Source of the DNA: Staphylococcus phage vB_SepM_BE08
Sequence record: MT596505.1
DNA length: 64,000 nucleotides
Reading direction: 5' to 3' (one strand)
The notes beneath the pieces are model-generated. The model made no database searches, had not been told where the DNA came from, and saw only the letters and a program-made list of their open reading frames with translations. A program made the translations under genes and the position numbers. Below are positions 37,076 through 46,808 of this stretch, one piece after another (the stretch's first letter is position 1; the number at the start of each line of letters is the position of its first letter).

Positions 37076-37506
37076 TAATAACCCTTCCTTTTATTTGTTT
37101 GTTTTCTAATTTTAAATATAAAAATTAGATGTGTACTTTTAAATGTTCTCTGCTCTCTAATACTTAGTTTTCCTATTAGTAAACCGCCTTTATGAACATA
37201 ATAAAGCCTGTCAGTATGTGTTATTTCTTGGTTTTTATATTTCTGTTTTAAACTTAACATATTTTCATTCACACCAATAGCTTTACTAATTAAATCAATA
37301 CCATATTTTTTTTGTAATTTAACATCAGTTGAAGATATATTATTAAACTGTTTAGTAAATAGTAATTTGTACATAGTTGTTGATTTATCTTTGTTAGGGT
37401 CTCTATGATTGTAAAACTTTGTATTCCCTGGTGATGGTGTGGGTGCAAAGTTAACTGGCATAAGTTTTGCTTTTCTTCTTTTATTCACGTATAGATTCAA
37501 CTCCAT
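37075..37506 (-). CDS. hypothetical basic protein; overlaps upstream gene by 26 nt (true start may be internal Met at ~37461, or a frameshifted continuation of 37481..38230)
   Basis: ORF overlap pattern. Confidence 0.4.
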   Translation of the reverse strand: MELNLYVNKRRKAKLMPVNFAPTPSPGNTKFYNHRDPNKDKSTTMYKLLFTKQFNNISSTDVKLQKKYGIDLISKAIGVNENMLSLKQKYKNQEITHTDRLYYVHKGGLLIGKLSIREQRTFKSTHLIFIFKIRKQTNKRKGY

Positions 37507-38230
37507 TTTTTACTACATTAAAGAAGTCTTCTTCAATAACTTTCCATCTATCATTATAACCATAAATAACTACCCTTGTAAATAATTTATAGGTATTTTC
37601 TTCTCCTAAGTATTTTATTATTTGATTAATAACTGAGAATTTTTTCATTCTTTTAGATTGTGTTGTTTGAGAGAAGTTACCTGCTCCTCCTGTGTATCTA
37701 CCATTCTTATTATAGTTATACCCTGAACGGAAAGTAAAAGGGTCTCTTATTTGTTTTAACATTATTAATAAGTTATGTTTCCATAGAATATTAAGTGTAT
37801 GATAAGGACTTCTATGAGGTGATATAGTTGCCTTTTTATATTTACCTACAATAGGTTTACCTTTAACATTTATATAGCTTATAATACCTACATGGTGATG
37901 TTTATATCGTTTTAATATTTGTTCTACTTTAAGTACATGCTTATCATGACACATAACATATACGTATTTACATACTTGACTATAATAGTGTAGTTGTTTA
38001 TTAAGTCGTTGTGTAGAATCCCTCTCTGTTTTTATCTCGATACCCATTACAGTACCGTTTCTATCTAATACTAGGCAATCAGTTCTACATTTACCTTGAC
38101 AAATTACTTTTTCATTGAATATAGCAATATCCTTAACATCACTTATAATATCATCATCATAAAAAAGGTGCTGTTTAGTTTTTATTAGGTCTTTTATATC
38201 TTTTTCATAAAATCTAACTTCAGAAGACAT
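37481..38230 (-). CDS. PD-(D/E)XK nuclease-fold protein (DCLVLDRNGTVMGIEIKTERD)
   Basis: D...E-I-K motif by inspection. Confidence 0.45.
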   Translation of the reverse strand: MSSEVRFYEKDIKDLIKTKQHLFYDDDIISDVKDIAIFNEKVICQGKCRTDCLVLDRNGTVMGIEIKTERDSTQRLNKQLHYYSQVCKYVYVMCHDKHVLKVEQILKRYKHHHVGIISYINVKGKPIVGKYKKATISPHRSPYHTLNILWKHNLLIMLKQIRDPFTFRSGYNYNKNGRYTGGAGNFSQTTQSKRMKKFSVINQIIKYLGEENTYKLFTRVVIYGYNDRWKVIEEDFFNVVKNGVESIRE

Positions 38231-38759
38231 TTAATCTATCCTCTTTCGTTTTTTTATAATATTCTATTACACTTTCTAAAGGTGTATATGAATTAAACCA
38301 TTTAATGTTAGATAAACCAATAAAAACACCTGTATACTTACCATGCTCAACAACTATACCATCTTTTTGTGTCATTTTTTTATTATCTGGTTGTCTTTCA
38401 AAGAAACCTTTTCCAGTCTCACCTGTTACTGTATCTCTGCCTAACGGAATCACAGTAGCTATGAATATAGGTTCTTCTTCTACTTTCTTAGGTGTAACTT
38501 TCTTAGGTAATCTGCTTTTAATAATATTACTAATTGTTGTTCCTCCAGGTATTGTTTTTCTATATTCTTCAATTCTATATTTTTTAACTGGATTATCTAT
38601 ATTATTAACATCATGTACATTATATACAATAACATATTCTGATAAATCTTCTTCTATGTGTTCTACTATATAAACAGGTTTACCATCAAAATAATAAGCT
38701 CCTATACTTACCCTCATTTTTATTGATGGGCTATCAAATGCACTAAAATTAAAATCCAT
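38220..38759 (-). CDS. hypothetical protein
   Basis: ORF; plus ORF 38305..38673 antisense artefact. Confidence 0.55.
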   Translation of the reverse strand: MDFNFSAFDSPSIKMRVSIGAYYFDGKPVYIVEHIEEDLSEYVIVYNVHDVNNIDNPVKKYRIEEYRKTIPGGTTISNIIKSRLPKKVTPKKVEEEPIFIATVIPLGRDTVTGETGKGFFERQPDNKKMTQKDGIVVEHGKYTGVFIGLSNIKWFNSYTPLESVIEYYKKTKEDRLNVF

Positions 38760-38823
38760 TCTTCATCAGTTCCTTCTTTTCTTTTTATTATACCATATAA
38801 TTAAAGTAGAAGCAAATATGCCT

Positions 38824-39162
38824 CTACTTTTTCTTAATTAACTTAGCTTGAATAAAAGACATAATCAAGGTAGTAATTAATCCTACAATAAGGTATCCTA
38901 CTATAAATATAACACAATATAGTATTAAGAACCAAATATTAGTAGGTTGAATAAAATTATCAGAAAAAAAGCTAATTACTAATAAAAACATAAAACCAAG
39001 TAACCAATTAAGTAACGGATAGTAATAATCAAAGTTATTAAAAGCTGGATAGCCAGCTTTTACTCTTTCTTTTTCAACCGACCATTGTTGAAATAAAGTA
39101 GCGACTGTATTTATTGTAACTAATATCATAGTAGATATTAGTATAGATAAAACATAATTCAA
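38824..39162 (-). CDS. membrane protein (3 TM)
   Basis: hydrophobicity. Confidence 0.55.
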   Translation of the reverse strand: MNYVLSILISTMILVTINTVATLFQQWSVEKERVKAGYPAFNNFDYYYPLLNWLLGFMFLLVISFFSDNFIQPTNIWFLILYCVIFIVGYLIVGLITTLIMSFIQAKLIKKK

Positions 39163-39174
39163 AATTAATCACTC

Positions 39175-40440
39175 CTAATCTAAGAACACTGTTTTAATGT
39201 CTATATTCTTAGTCCCCTCTTCTAACACTAATATTTGTTGAGAAGGTTTTGTCTTACTTAAGTGTAATTCTTTAGCATAGTTATTATAGCCCATTGGAGA
39301 GCTGGCAACAATATGAAATCTGTTATAATCTTCTTGTGTTATTCTATGATGATGTACATGTCCTGTAATAAGCAAATCAATATGTGAATCTGTAATAAAT
39401 TTAGGAATATGATTACCTTTTCCTTTAAGTCCATCACCATGATTAACTACAATTTTTTTACCTAAAATTGTATCTCTAATATTATAAATATCTTCCCTAT
39501 TATCAATAAGCTCAATATCTTTTAATACACCTTGTTGTTTTAACATAAGTAGCATATCTAGTACTACAAACGCTACATTATCATTATAAACTTTTTGATT
39601 TTTATTACCTTGCATACGGTCATGATTACCACCAATAATACCAAATGTTAATTTACCTGGTACATATTGTCTAATATTATTTAAAATATCTATAATTAAT
39701 CTAGTTCCTTTAGAAATTTGTTCAGCTAAAGTAAATTCTGTCTCAAATGCTTGGTTAACATCTCTCATAGATATATGTTCTACTAAATCACCTACAAAGT
39801 ATACTGTAACATCTGTAATATCTTTACTTTCAATATCTTCAATAACTGTCTCTAAAAATTGGTTAAGTCTACGTTTTAGTATATTAAAGTCGTAACCACC
39901 ATTAGTATAATCAGATGTCAAAGCACCAATATGAAAATCTGACAGTAAAACTACCATTGATTTTTCTTTTTCTGTATTTACATAATTATAAAACTGACTT
40001 TCTAATAATGTATTTATAGGTTGTAAATCTCTAATTATAGATTTCTTTAAATCTTCCATTAAGATATTAATATGTGCACCTTGTTTAGCATACTTACGAA
40101 ATTCTCTTTGTTGTGATAGTGTGCGTTCATTCTCAGTAACATATGTTGAAACAGTTTTAAAGTAATCATTACCTGTAAATACTTTTCTATCATCTACACT
40201 TCTTAAGTCACCTAAACCAAGTTCTCCAGATAAAGCTGAATTTTTAAGACTGTTTAAATACTCATTCTCTCTAACTGTATCTACAATATCAACAAATTCT
40301 GAAGAATTTACTTTGTCTAATCCTAATTCTTTAATAATTTTATTAAATTTAGTTAAAACTATTTTACCTTCTTCTTTTCCTAGAACTCCGATAATAATAG
40401 CATATAACTCTTCTACTGTATTAAATCTACTTTCTGTCAT
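39175..40440 (-). CDS. calcineurin-like metallophosphoesterase (DFHIG, GDLVEH, GNHD, GHVHHH)
   Basis: metallophosphatase motifs in order. Confidence 0.65.
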   Translation of the reverse strand: MTESRFNTVEELYAIIIGVLGKEEGKIVLTKFNKIIKELGLDKVNSSEFVDIVDTVRENEYLNSLKNSALSGELGLGDLRSVDDRKVFTGNDYFKTVSTYVTENERTLSQQREFRKYAKQGAHINILMEDLKKSIIRDLQPINTLLESQFYNYVNTEKEKSMVVLLSDFHIGALTSDYTNGGYDFNILKRRLNQFLETVIEDIESKDITDVTVYFVGDLVEHISMRDVNQAFETEFTLAEQISKGTRLIIDILNNIRQYVPGKLTFGIIGGNHDRMQGNKNQKVYNDNVAFVVLDMLLMLKQQGVLKDIELIDNREDIYNIRDTILGKKIVVNHGDGLKGKGNHIPKFITDSHIDLLITGHVHHHRITQEDYNRFHIVASSPMGYNNYAKELHLSKTKPSQQILVLEEGTKNIDIKTVFLD

Positions 40441-40442
40441 AA

Positions 40443-41192
40443 TTAATTCCCTTCTTTAATAAATTTCATTGTATTTTTTGCTAGTCGATTGACTGAACTA
40501 GGTATAAATAAACTAAACACATTTGTCTTATCATTATAACGTGTATCAAACACTTTTGTCAAGTAATTTTTATCAACATTTTTACAATGAAATGTTATTA
40601 AGTCACTATTTGACCGTGTTTGAGATGTTATAACAACCACACCTGTATTTCTTTTCCTTAAAATTCTATGAGCTAATACATATTTATAGATAACATCATT
40701 CTCGTTTAAGAAAAAGAAATTATTACCACCATCAACAACCCTATCTAACATCATTGAAATATAAACTTCATCTATATTAAGTTCTTTTTCTACTTGTGTG
40801 TAATTTATTTCTTCTAAGTTAATAAAGTTAAAATAGTTAGTAAAATCTCTAGCTATACTTAACCACTTATCATCTTTTATATCTAATAAAATCATAAGTT
40901 GTTTTAACAGGCTTAAATGCTGTTCTTCTTTAGTTACAGTAATAAAATTATCAGGTAATAACCCTATGTTACTTACATAATAGATACTACCTTTTAAGTA
41001 TTGAGTATCTATATTTTTATAAATATAACCTACAAAAATAACATCTTCATCTTCTACACTTTCAAAAGAAACACGATTTATGTCTGTTTCATACTTTATC
41101 TTACTAATACCTTGAATATTTTCTTTGAAAAACTTATCTACTATATTCTTCTCAAGTATTAAAGGGTTAATAAAAATATACACTCTTACCAC
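40443..41192 (-). CDS. hypothetical protein
   Basis: ORF. Confidence 0.55.
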   Translation of the reverse strand: MVRVYIFINPLILEKNIVDKFFKENIQGISKIKYETDINRVSFESVEDEDVIFVGYIYKNIDTQYLKGSIYYVSNIGLLPDNFITVTKEEQHLSLLKQLMILLDIKDDKWLSIARDFTNYFNFINLEEINYTQVEKELNIDEVYISMMLDRVVDGGNNFFFLNENDVIYKYVLAHRILRKRNTGVVVITSQTRSNSDLITFHCKNVDKNYLTKVFDTRYNDKTNVFSLFIPSSVNRLAKNTMKFIKEGN

Positions 41193-41449
41193 TCCATTCT
41201 AGCATATAAATATCCTTTTGATTCTTTATCTAGTCCTAAATTATCTTTACCATATTCTAGTACTCTATAACCATAAATATTTAGATAGTTTTGTATTGCG
41301 TTCATTTGACTTTGCACATTAACAGTAGCTACTGAAACTGTATCAAACTTAACAGCTACAAACTCTTCTTTATTTTCCATAAGTCTTTTTACTTTAACAT
41401 GGTCGTCTGGGTTTCTAAGTAGAATAATATTCTCTTCTTTTATCATCAT
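41186..41449 (-). CDS. hypothetical protein
   Basis: ORF; promoter tgtcaa 41503-41508 TTGACA-N17-TATAGT. Confidence 0.5.
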   Translation of the reverse strand: MMIKEENIILLRNPDDHVKVKRLMENKEEFVAVKFDTVSVATVNVQSQMNAIQNYLNIYGYRVLEYGKDNLGLDKESKGYLYARMEW

Positions 41450-41517
41450 TTACACCTCTCTATATTTATTACAATTAATACTATAACATATATGTATATA
41501 TTTGTCAATAAAAAAAG

Positions 41518-41539
41518 ACTAGGAATTTAATCCTAGTCT
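41518..41539. terminator. hairpin gactaggaatttaatcctagtc (family copy 3)
   Basis: same core as 5593 and 7055. Confidence 0.5.
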
Positions 41540-41552
41540 AAAAAGCGGTATA

Positions 41553-42212
41553 TTATTGAGGTTTTTCTTCTGCATTAACATCTGCTGTTGTATCTTTAGG
41601 GTCTACAGATACATCTACGTCTACATCTGAACGTGACTCAGAAGGTTCTGAAGTATCTCCTTGTCCTTCACTTTGGTCGTTATGACGTACGTCTTCACGA
41701 GCATTTCCTGTTGGATAACTTGAAATTAAATCTTCGTTTGCACGACCTTTTTTATCTTCTGTTTTATCAGCGTCTGATTGTTCTACGTCTTTAACTTCAA
41801 GTACGTCTTCTTTCTCATTAGTAATAAAGACGTTATATACTCCTAAGCGGAATCTGTCTTCAATAAATGCTAAGAACGCTTGTACCAATTGTTTACCTTT
41901 ATCTAAACCTTTAATGTTTTCAGTTCGGATAAATGATTGGTGGTAAGGGTCAAATAAAGTGTTCACTACAAAATGAATATTATCTCCGTCTGTGTATACA
42001 ACTGGAGAATCTTTCATTACATTAATAGTACCTCTACCATCTAATTGAATAGGAAATAGGAATAATTCACCATCTTGCTCTTTACAAATGTAAGAATAAA
42101 TACCTCTATGTGTACGTGTATATCCGTCTTGTTCAGTTCTTACTTGTAAGTATTTATCTTTCAATGTTACTGTATCTTGCGTTAAAACTTCTTGTAAACT
42201 TTTTTTAGCCAT
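41553..42212 (-). CDS. hypothetical protein with long acidic disordered C-terminus
   Basis: ORF, SD. Confidence 0.55.
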   Translation of the reverse strand: MAKKSLQEVLTQDTVTLKDKYLQVRTEQDGYTRTHRGIYSYICKEQDGELFLFPIQLDGRGTINVMKDSPVVYTDGDNIHFVVNTLFDPYHQSFIRTENIKGLDKGKQLVQAFLAFIEDRFRLGVYNVFITNEKEDVLEVKDVEQSDADKTEDKKGRANEDLISSYPTGNAREDVRHNDQSEGQGDTSEPSESRSDVDVDVSVDPKDTTADVNAEEKPQ

Positions 42213-42228
42213 ATTTAAAATCTCCTAA

Positions 42229-42573
42229 CTATTTTTTTATAATATCTTTAACTCTAGGTTTAGAAATAACTTGATTTGCTATTTCTTCCCTTTGTTTATC
42301 TTTTTTACTGAAACTTGTATTTTTCCATGAAGTCCATACAATAGCTACTAATGAAACAATACCAGATATAATTAAGTAAAGTTGGTCGTCTGAAATTGGT
42401 AAAAAATCTTTACCTAATATACTTGATAATATTAAATTAATAACAGTTATAATTGAAACTATCAACGGTACAAATTCAGAAAATTTACGTCTTACTTGTT
42501 TTGAATTAGGAATAATAACCTCAACACTATCTAAGGCATTATTAAATTTATCCTTGTCAAACTTATTTATCAT
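42229..42573 (-). CDS. membrane protein (2 TM)
   Basis: hydrophobicity. Confidence 0.5.
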   Translation of the reverse strand: MINKFDKDKFNNALDSVEVIIPNSKQVRRKFSEFVPLIVSIITVINLILSSILGKDFLPISDDQLYLIISGIVSLVAIVWTSWKNTSFSKKDKQREEIANQVISKPRVKDIIKK

Positions 42574-42648
42574 GAAAATAACCTCACTACTGCTTTATTA
42601 AATTCATTCCTAATATAACAGTAGTAAGGCTTTTTTGCAAATATTTTG

Positions 42649-43323
42649 TTATTCCCAAACATTATTTTCAGTATATACTCTGTGTGTATTACTATTTATG
42701 TGTCTATTATGCTCATGATAAGCATTAATTTTAAATTTTACATAATCTTTTAGTTCTGACAGCTCTTTTGCTACATCTTTACGTTTAATTTGAGTGTCTT
42801 CAGATACTCTGTTAACTATATATTTTTCATCTTCCATATCTTCATTCATTAGTAGTTCTTTTAATAGAATACTTTGTAATTCTGTAAATTCTACATCATC
42901 AAACACATATCGTATTAATTCACTTTCTTCTATACCTGTAGTTAAAGCTTCAGTTAGAGATTCTACTGTAGATTCTTTTTTACCTATCAACTCTGTACTT
43001 TTATACTTTTTATTCTTTTTAATATAACTATTACGTACTCTTAGAGTTAATTTTGCTTTAATATATCCAGGAAAATCAACTTTACTGTGTATATCATATT
43101 CTTTAACAAGTTTAATAAACTGCTCGTCTATATACTCTCGTAAATCTTCCCTTTCAGCTTCATTAGATAATATACCTGCATATTTATGGTATAGCGACCA
43201 TCTTAAATTTTTATATTTATTAAGTAATTTATCTATATCTCTTTCAAAATCAATAGGTATACCATCAGAATCAATTACATATCTATTACCGTTGTTCTTC
43301 TTCATAAGGGTTTGCTCCTTCAA
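42649..43323 (-). CDS. putative sigma-factor-like protein (position after recA-like gene as in Twort/K-like phages)
   Basis: size, charge pattern, synteny; motifs weak. Confidence 0.35.
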   Translation of the reverse strand: MKEQTLMKKNNGNRYVIDSDGIPIDFERDIDKLLNKYKNLRWSLYHKYAGILSNEAEREDLREYIDEQFIKLVKEYDIHSKVDFPGYIKAKLTLRVRNSYIKKNKKYKSTELIGKKESTVESLTEALTTGIEESELIRYVFDDVEFTELQSILLKELLMNEDMEDEKYIVNRVSEDTQIKRKDVAKELSELKDYVKFKINAYHEHNRHINSNTHRVYTENNVWE

Positions 43324-43654
43324 AAATAATTTTTATTTTATGATTTTTATCCCTTACAAAAATATCTGAATAATGTATTGTTCTAGGTACTTTAACTGTA
43401 CTATTTTCATATCTAAGTAGTGAATAGCCTCCTACCCATCTATCCGAGACATAATTAATATACATTACATTAGAATCAGTGTGAGGGAAAGTACCCTCTT
43501 CAACAATTACTGATTCATTATTATCTTTTACTTTTTGAAATTTTTTAGCAATACTGATATACTCTCTAGGTGTTGCATCTTTTGAATTTGTTTCACTTAA
43601 AGATTGTTTTACTCTATCTATATTTTGGTCTATTAAATTATAACTATTTGTCAT
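43286..43654 (-). CDS. hypothetical protein
   Basis: ORF, ATGA coupling to recA-like. Confidence 0.5.
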   Translation of the reverse strand: MTNSYNLIDQNIDRVKQSLSETNSKDATPREYISIAKKFQKVKDNNESVIVEEGTFPHTDSNVMYINYVSDRWVGGYSLLRYENSTVKVPRTIHYSDIFVRDKNHKIKIIFEGANPYEEEQR

Positions 43655-44898
43655 TCTTCATCCGTACCTTTGTTTTCAATTTCAGTACTTTTAATCTCAT
43701 AAAAATCTTTAAGAGCTTGATATTCTTCAATAGTAGTAATATCCACTATTTTATTTTCTAAAGGTCGATACTTAGTAGGAAAGTTTTCAAAGTATACTCT
43801 ACTAAATAATTCTAAATACAAATCATGATTATTAACAAGTGTAGGAACCCAATCTTTATCATAGTGTTTAATTTCTTCACCATTTAAAGTTACATAGTTA
43901 CGCCATGTTCCTTTAGAAATTAAACCTCGTTCTACTGCTTCCTTATAAACTGTGTGATAAGGGTCAATACCATCTAATAACATCGTATCATCTTTAGAGC
44001 CTACTTCATAACTTGATAATAAATCTGCTTCCGCTTTTTGTCCTGGTGTAACTAATTTAGATTTTTTAGTTTCAATACGCATTACATGACCTCTATAAGT
44101 AGGCTTACCTGTTGTTACATCTGTTTGTTTAAGACCTGATTCAGCACCCTTGGTTACTTTAATACGTAAACTAGCACCATGCTCAAAAGCTCTTCCACCT
44201 GTTGATTTTATAGGGTCACCATACATACCTGCGTTCATATCATCGCGAGCTTGGTTGATGATAACTAACCCTGTATTAGTATCATTGAGTTTAGGAGTAA
44301 TAGCATTGATTACTTTTTGTGTAGCTGAGGCTTTTAAACCCATTTGTTTTTCATCAATTCCTCCTTCAATTTCTTTAGCTGTTCTTGTAGCTCCTAGAGA
44401 ATCCCAAATAAATAAAATAGGTACACCAGGTGCTTTTTCGTTAAAAGTATCAATCCAATATTCTAATTCTTTTCCTACAGTTTCTACTGATAATTCAACA
44501 GTATTTTTAAGTCTACCTTCTCCTGCTTGAATAGTAAATAATTTAGATACATCTACCCCTAGTTGCTTCATTCGTTGGTTATCTGCTGTTCCTTCAATAT
44601 CAATCCAAATAGTAATAACACCTAGTTGTGTAGTTATTCTAGATAAGTGTACTGCAAACGTGGATTTACCCGAACCTGTTAGCCCATACACTTCTGTAAG
44701 TCTTCCTAAAGGAATACCTCCCCCTAGAATTCTATCATATTGAGGAACCATAGTAGGAATTATATTTGTAATGTCTGCTTTATTACTATCTGATAATAGA
44801 GTTAAACCCATTTCTTTACCTAAATCAATGGTATTGTAATCTTTCATATCTATTTCTTTACCTTTTTTTGCTCTTGCCATTATCTTATCACCTTTCAA
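43651..44898 (-). CDS. RecA/Rad51-like recombinase (Walker A GLTGSGKST)
   Basis: P-loop and RecA-like core by inspection; nested ORF 44150..44530 is an artefact. Confidence 0.7.
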   Translation of the reverse strand: MKGDKIMARAKKGKEIDMKDYNTIDLGKEMGLTLLSDSNKADITNIIPTMVPQYDRILGGGIPLGRLTEVYGLTGSGKSTFAVHLSRITTQLGVITIWIDIEGTADNQRMKQLGVDVSKLFTIQAGEGRLKNTVELSVETVGKELEYWIDTFNEKAPGVPILFIWDSLGATRTAKEIEGGIDEKQMGLKASATQKVINAITPKLNDTNTGLVIINQARDDMNAGMYGDPIKSTGGRAFEHGASLRIKVTKGAESGLKQTDVTTGKPTYRGHVMRIETKKSKLVTPGQKAEADLLSSYEVGSKDDTMLLDGIDPYHTVYKEAVERGLISKGTWRNYVTLNGEEIKHYDKDWVPTLVNNHDLYLELFSRVYFENFPTKYRPLENKIVDITTIEEYQALKDFYEIKSTEIENKGTDEE

Positions 44899-44937
44899 TT
44901 AAAAAATCAAATAAAAGAGTGCTTAAGCACTCTAATA

Positions 44938-46182
44938 TTACATGTCTAGGTTTAAACCTTTTAGAACATCATCAACATTTTTTGGCTGTTCCATTTTAGG
45001 AGGTTCTTGATATTGCTGTTGATTTTGTTGTACGTTTTGTTGTTGAGGTGGTTGTTGCTGACTTCCAGTGTCGAAAGGTACTTGAGAGTCATTAATAGTA
45101 TTCTCATCAAAATTCTCCCAAGGATTATTTCCTTGTGGCTGTTGTGGATGCTGTGGTGCTTGTTGTACCTGATTAAACTGTTGCTGTTGAGTTGGTTGTT
45201 GAGTATTCTGTTGCGATTGAGTATTAATAGTATTCCAATCATTCTGTGGTACTTGTTGTGTGTTTTGTTGTGGTTGATTACTTAAATTACCTGGTAACTG
45301 TTGTTCTACTTGTTGTTGTGTTGGCTGTGGTTGCTGTGTTTGTTGTACAGGTTGTTGTGGTTGGCTAGGTGCATCCCCTAATGTATTTGTATCTCTATTA
45401 AAAGTAAAGTTATCTGTTTCTAAAGGTGTTCCATTTACTTTATTAATTAAGAAGTTAACAAGATTAGGGTTCACTTCTTCTGTAGGTTGTGCTAACTTAT
45501 CTAAATCTGAAGATAGTTCTATCCAATTTGATGGTAGGTTACCAAATTGATATTGTGGATTAGAGTATACTTGAACGTACCAATTTGTTTTATCATTTTC
45601 TTTTGCTTTCTTAAACATTACAGGATAAGCAATATTTTCAGAAATAAAGCTAAATTTAGCATCAGGTGAAGGGTTAAACATTTCATCTCCTAATTGACTA
45701 GCTAAAGCATTATATGCTGTAATAGGAATTTCTAAAGGTGAAATCTTAGGATTACCTGAGTTATCTACTACAGGTTGTAAAGTACCACCATTATTAATAT
45801 ACTCAATAACTTCAATGTAATATCTGTTAGATGGTCTGTTAGGGAATCGACTAAAAGGAACCTTATTAGCTATCCAAGATTCAATAAATGGGTCAATAAC
45901 TGACTCTCCTGATGTAGCTGGTAGTGTTAAACCTACGAATTTTTGCTCATTGTTTTTATTGTTGAAGTTAATACCTGTGTTTCTAAATTTCTTATAAAAT
46001 TCTAAAGAACCTTCTTTTTTAGGTGGTAAAATACGTACTAAAATTGAATCTTTAGTTGAACCATCTTTTTGCTTACCTAATCGAATAACTGGATTTTTAG
46101 GTGTATAGTATTCCACCTCATTATTGTTATTATTTTGTGTTTCTTTTGCTTGTTGGTTAATAAATTCTGTAAATGCTGACAT
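44938..46182 (-). CDS. Gln/Pro-rich protein with acidic C-terminal tip (possibly ssDNA-binding)
   Basis: low-complexity Q/P linker 230-380, ...DDVLKGLNLDM end; 44961..45242 and 45007..45285 are repeat-driven artefacts. Confidence 0.35.
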   Translation of the reverse strand: MSAFTEFINQQAKETQNNNNNEVEYYTPKNPVIRLGKQKDGSTKDSILVRILPPKKEGSLEFYKKFRNTGINFNNKNNEQKFVGLTLPATSGESVIDPFIESWIANKVPFSRFPNRPSNRYYIEVIEYINNGGTLQPVVDNSGNPKISPLEIPITAYNALASQLGDEMFNPSPDAKFSFISENIAYPVMFKKAKENDKTNWYVQVYSNPQYQFGNLPSNWIELSSDLDKLAQPTEEVNPNLVNFLINKVNGTPLETDNFTFNRDTNTLGDAPSQPQQPVQQTQQPQPTQQQVEQQLPGNLSNQPQQNTQQVPQNDWNTINTQSQQNTQQPTQQQQFNQVQQAPQHPQQPQGNNPWENFDENTINDSQVPFDTGSQQQPPQQQNVQQNQQQYQEPPKMEQPKNVDDVLKGLNLDM

Positions 46183-46272
46183 TATTATAATTCTCTCCTT
46201 TATTTTTATTATGTTATGATTGTAACATAGTTTATTCCATTTGTCAAGTTTAAATTTATAAGAATTTGTATT

Positions 46273-46755
46273 CTAATGTGAAAATGGATTAGTCATTCCA
46301 CCATTTTTATTTGTTTGTCTTAGTTCTGCTGATAACTGTACTAACATTGTAGAACGTTGTTCCCAAGCTTTTACAATATACTGTAACTGTTTTACTTTGT
46401 AATTCCATTGTTCTACAATTTGTTGTTGCTTTTGATAACTTTCATTAAGCAAAATATCTGATTCTATAACATCTTTAGTTGGTTTAATTTTTTGCTGTGT
46501 ATATCCTTGTCTTACTTGTTTATTTACAGAAGCTCCTATTTGCTCTAACTTTCTACTTTCTGCTTCTGCATAAGCTCTAACTCTCTCAAGTAAAGAGCTC
46601 CAAAAAGCATACTTACTAGACTGTGTATACATCTCTTGTTGTATAGTATATTCACTTAGTTTTAGCTCATCATGAATATTGAATGTTTTAGCTTCACCAT
46701 TCATATCAACAATAGTAAGTTCTGTAAAATCTAGACTATCTACATGAATTTCCAA
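46273..46755 (-). CDS. hypothetical protein
   Basis: ORF. Confidence 0.55.
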   Translation of the reverse strand: MEIHVDSLDFTELTIVDMNGEAKTFNIHDELKLSEYTIQQEMYTQSSKYAFWSSLLERVRAYAEAESRKLEQIGASVNKQVRQGYTQQKIKPTKDVIESDILLNESYQKQQQIVEQWNYKVKQLQYIVKAWEQRSTMLVQLSAELRQTNKNGGMTNPFSH

Positions 46756-46808
46756 ATCAATTCCTCCTTTGACATAACTATATCATAAATAGATATAGTT
46801 TGTCAATA

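Noticed and set aside
44961-45285. ORFs 44961..45242 (-) and 45007..45285 (+) and 44150..44530 (+)
   Set aside because: Generated by the CAA/CAG-rich repeat of the Q-rich gene and by the antisense of recA; nested within real genes.
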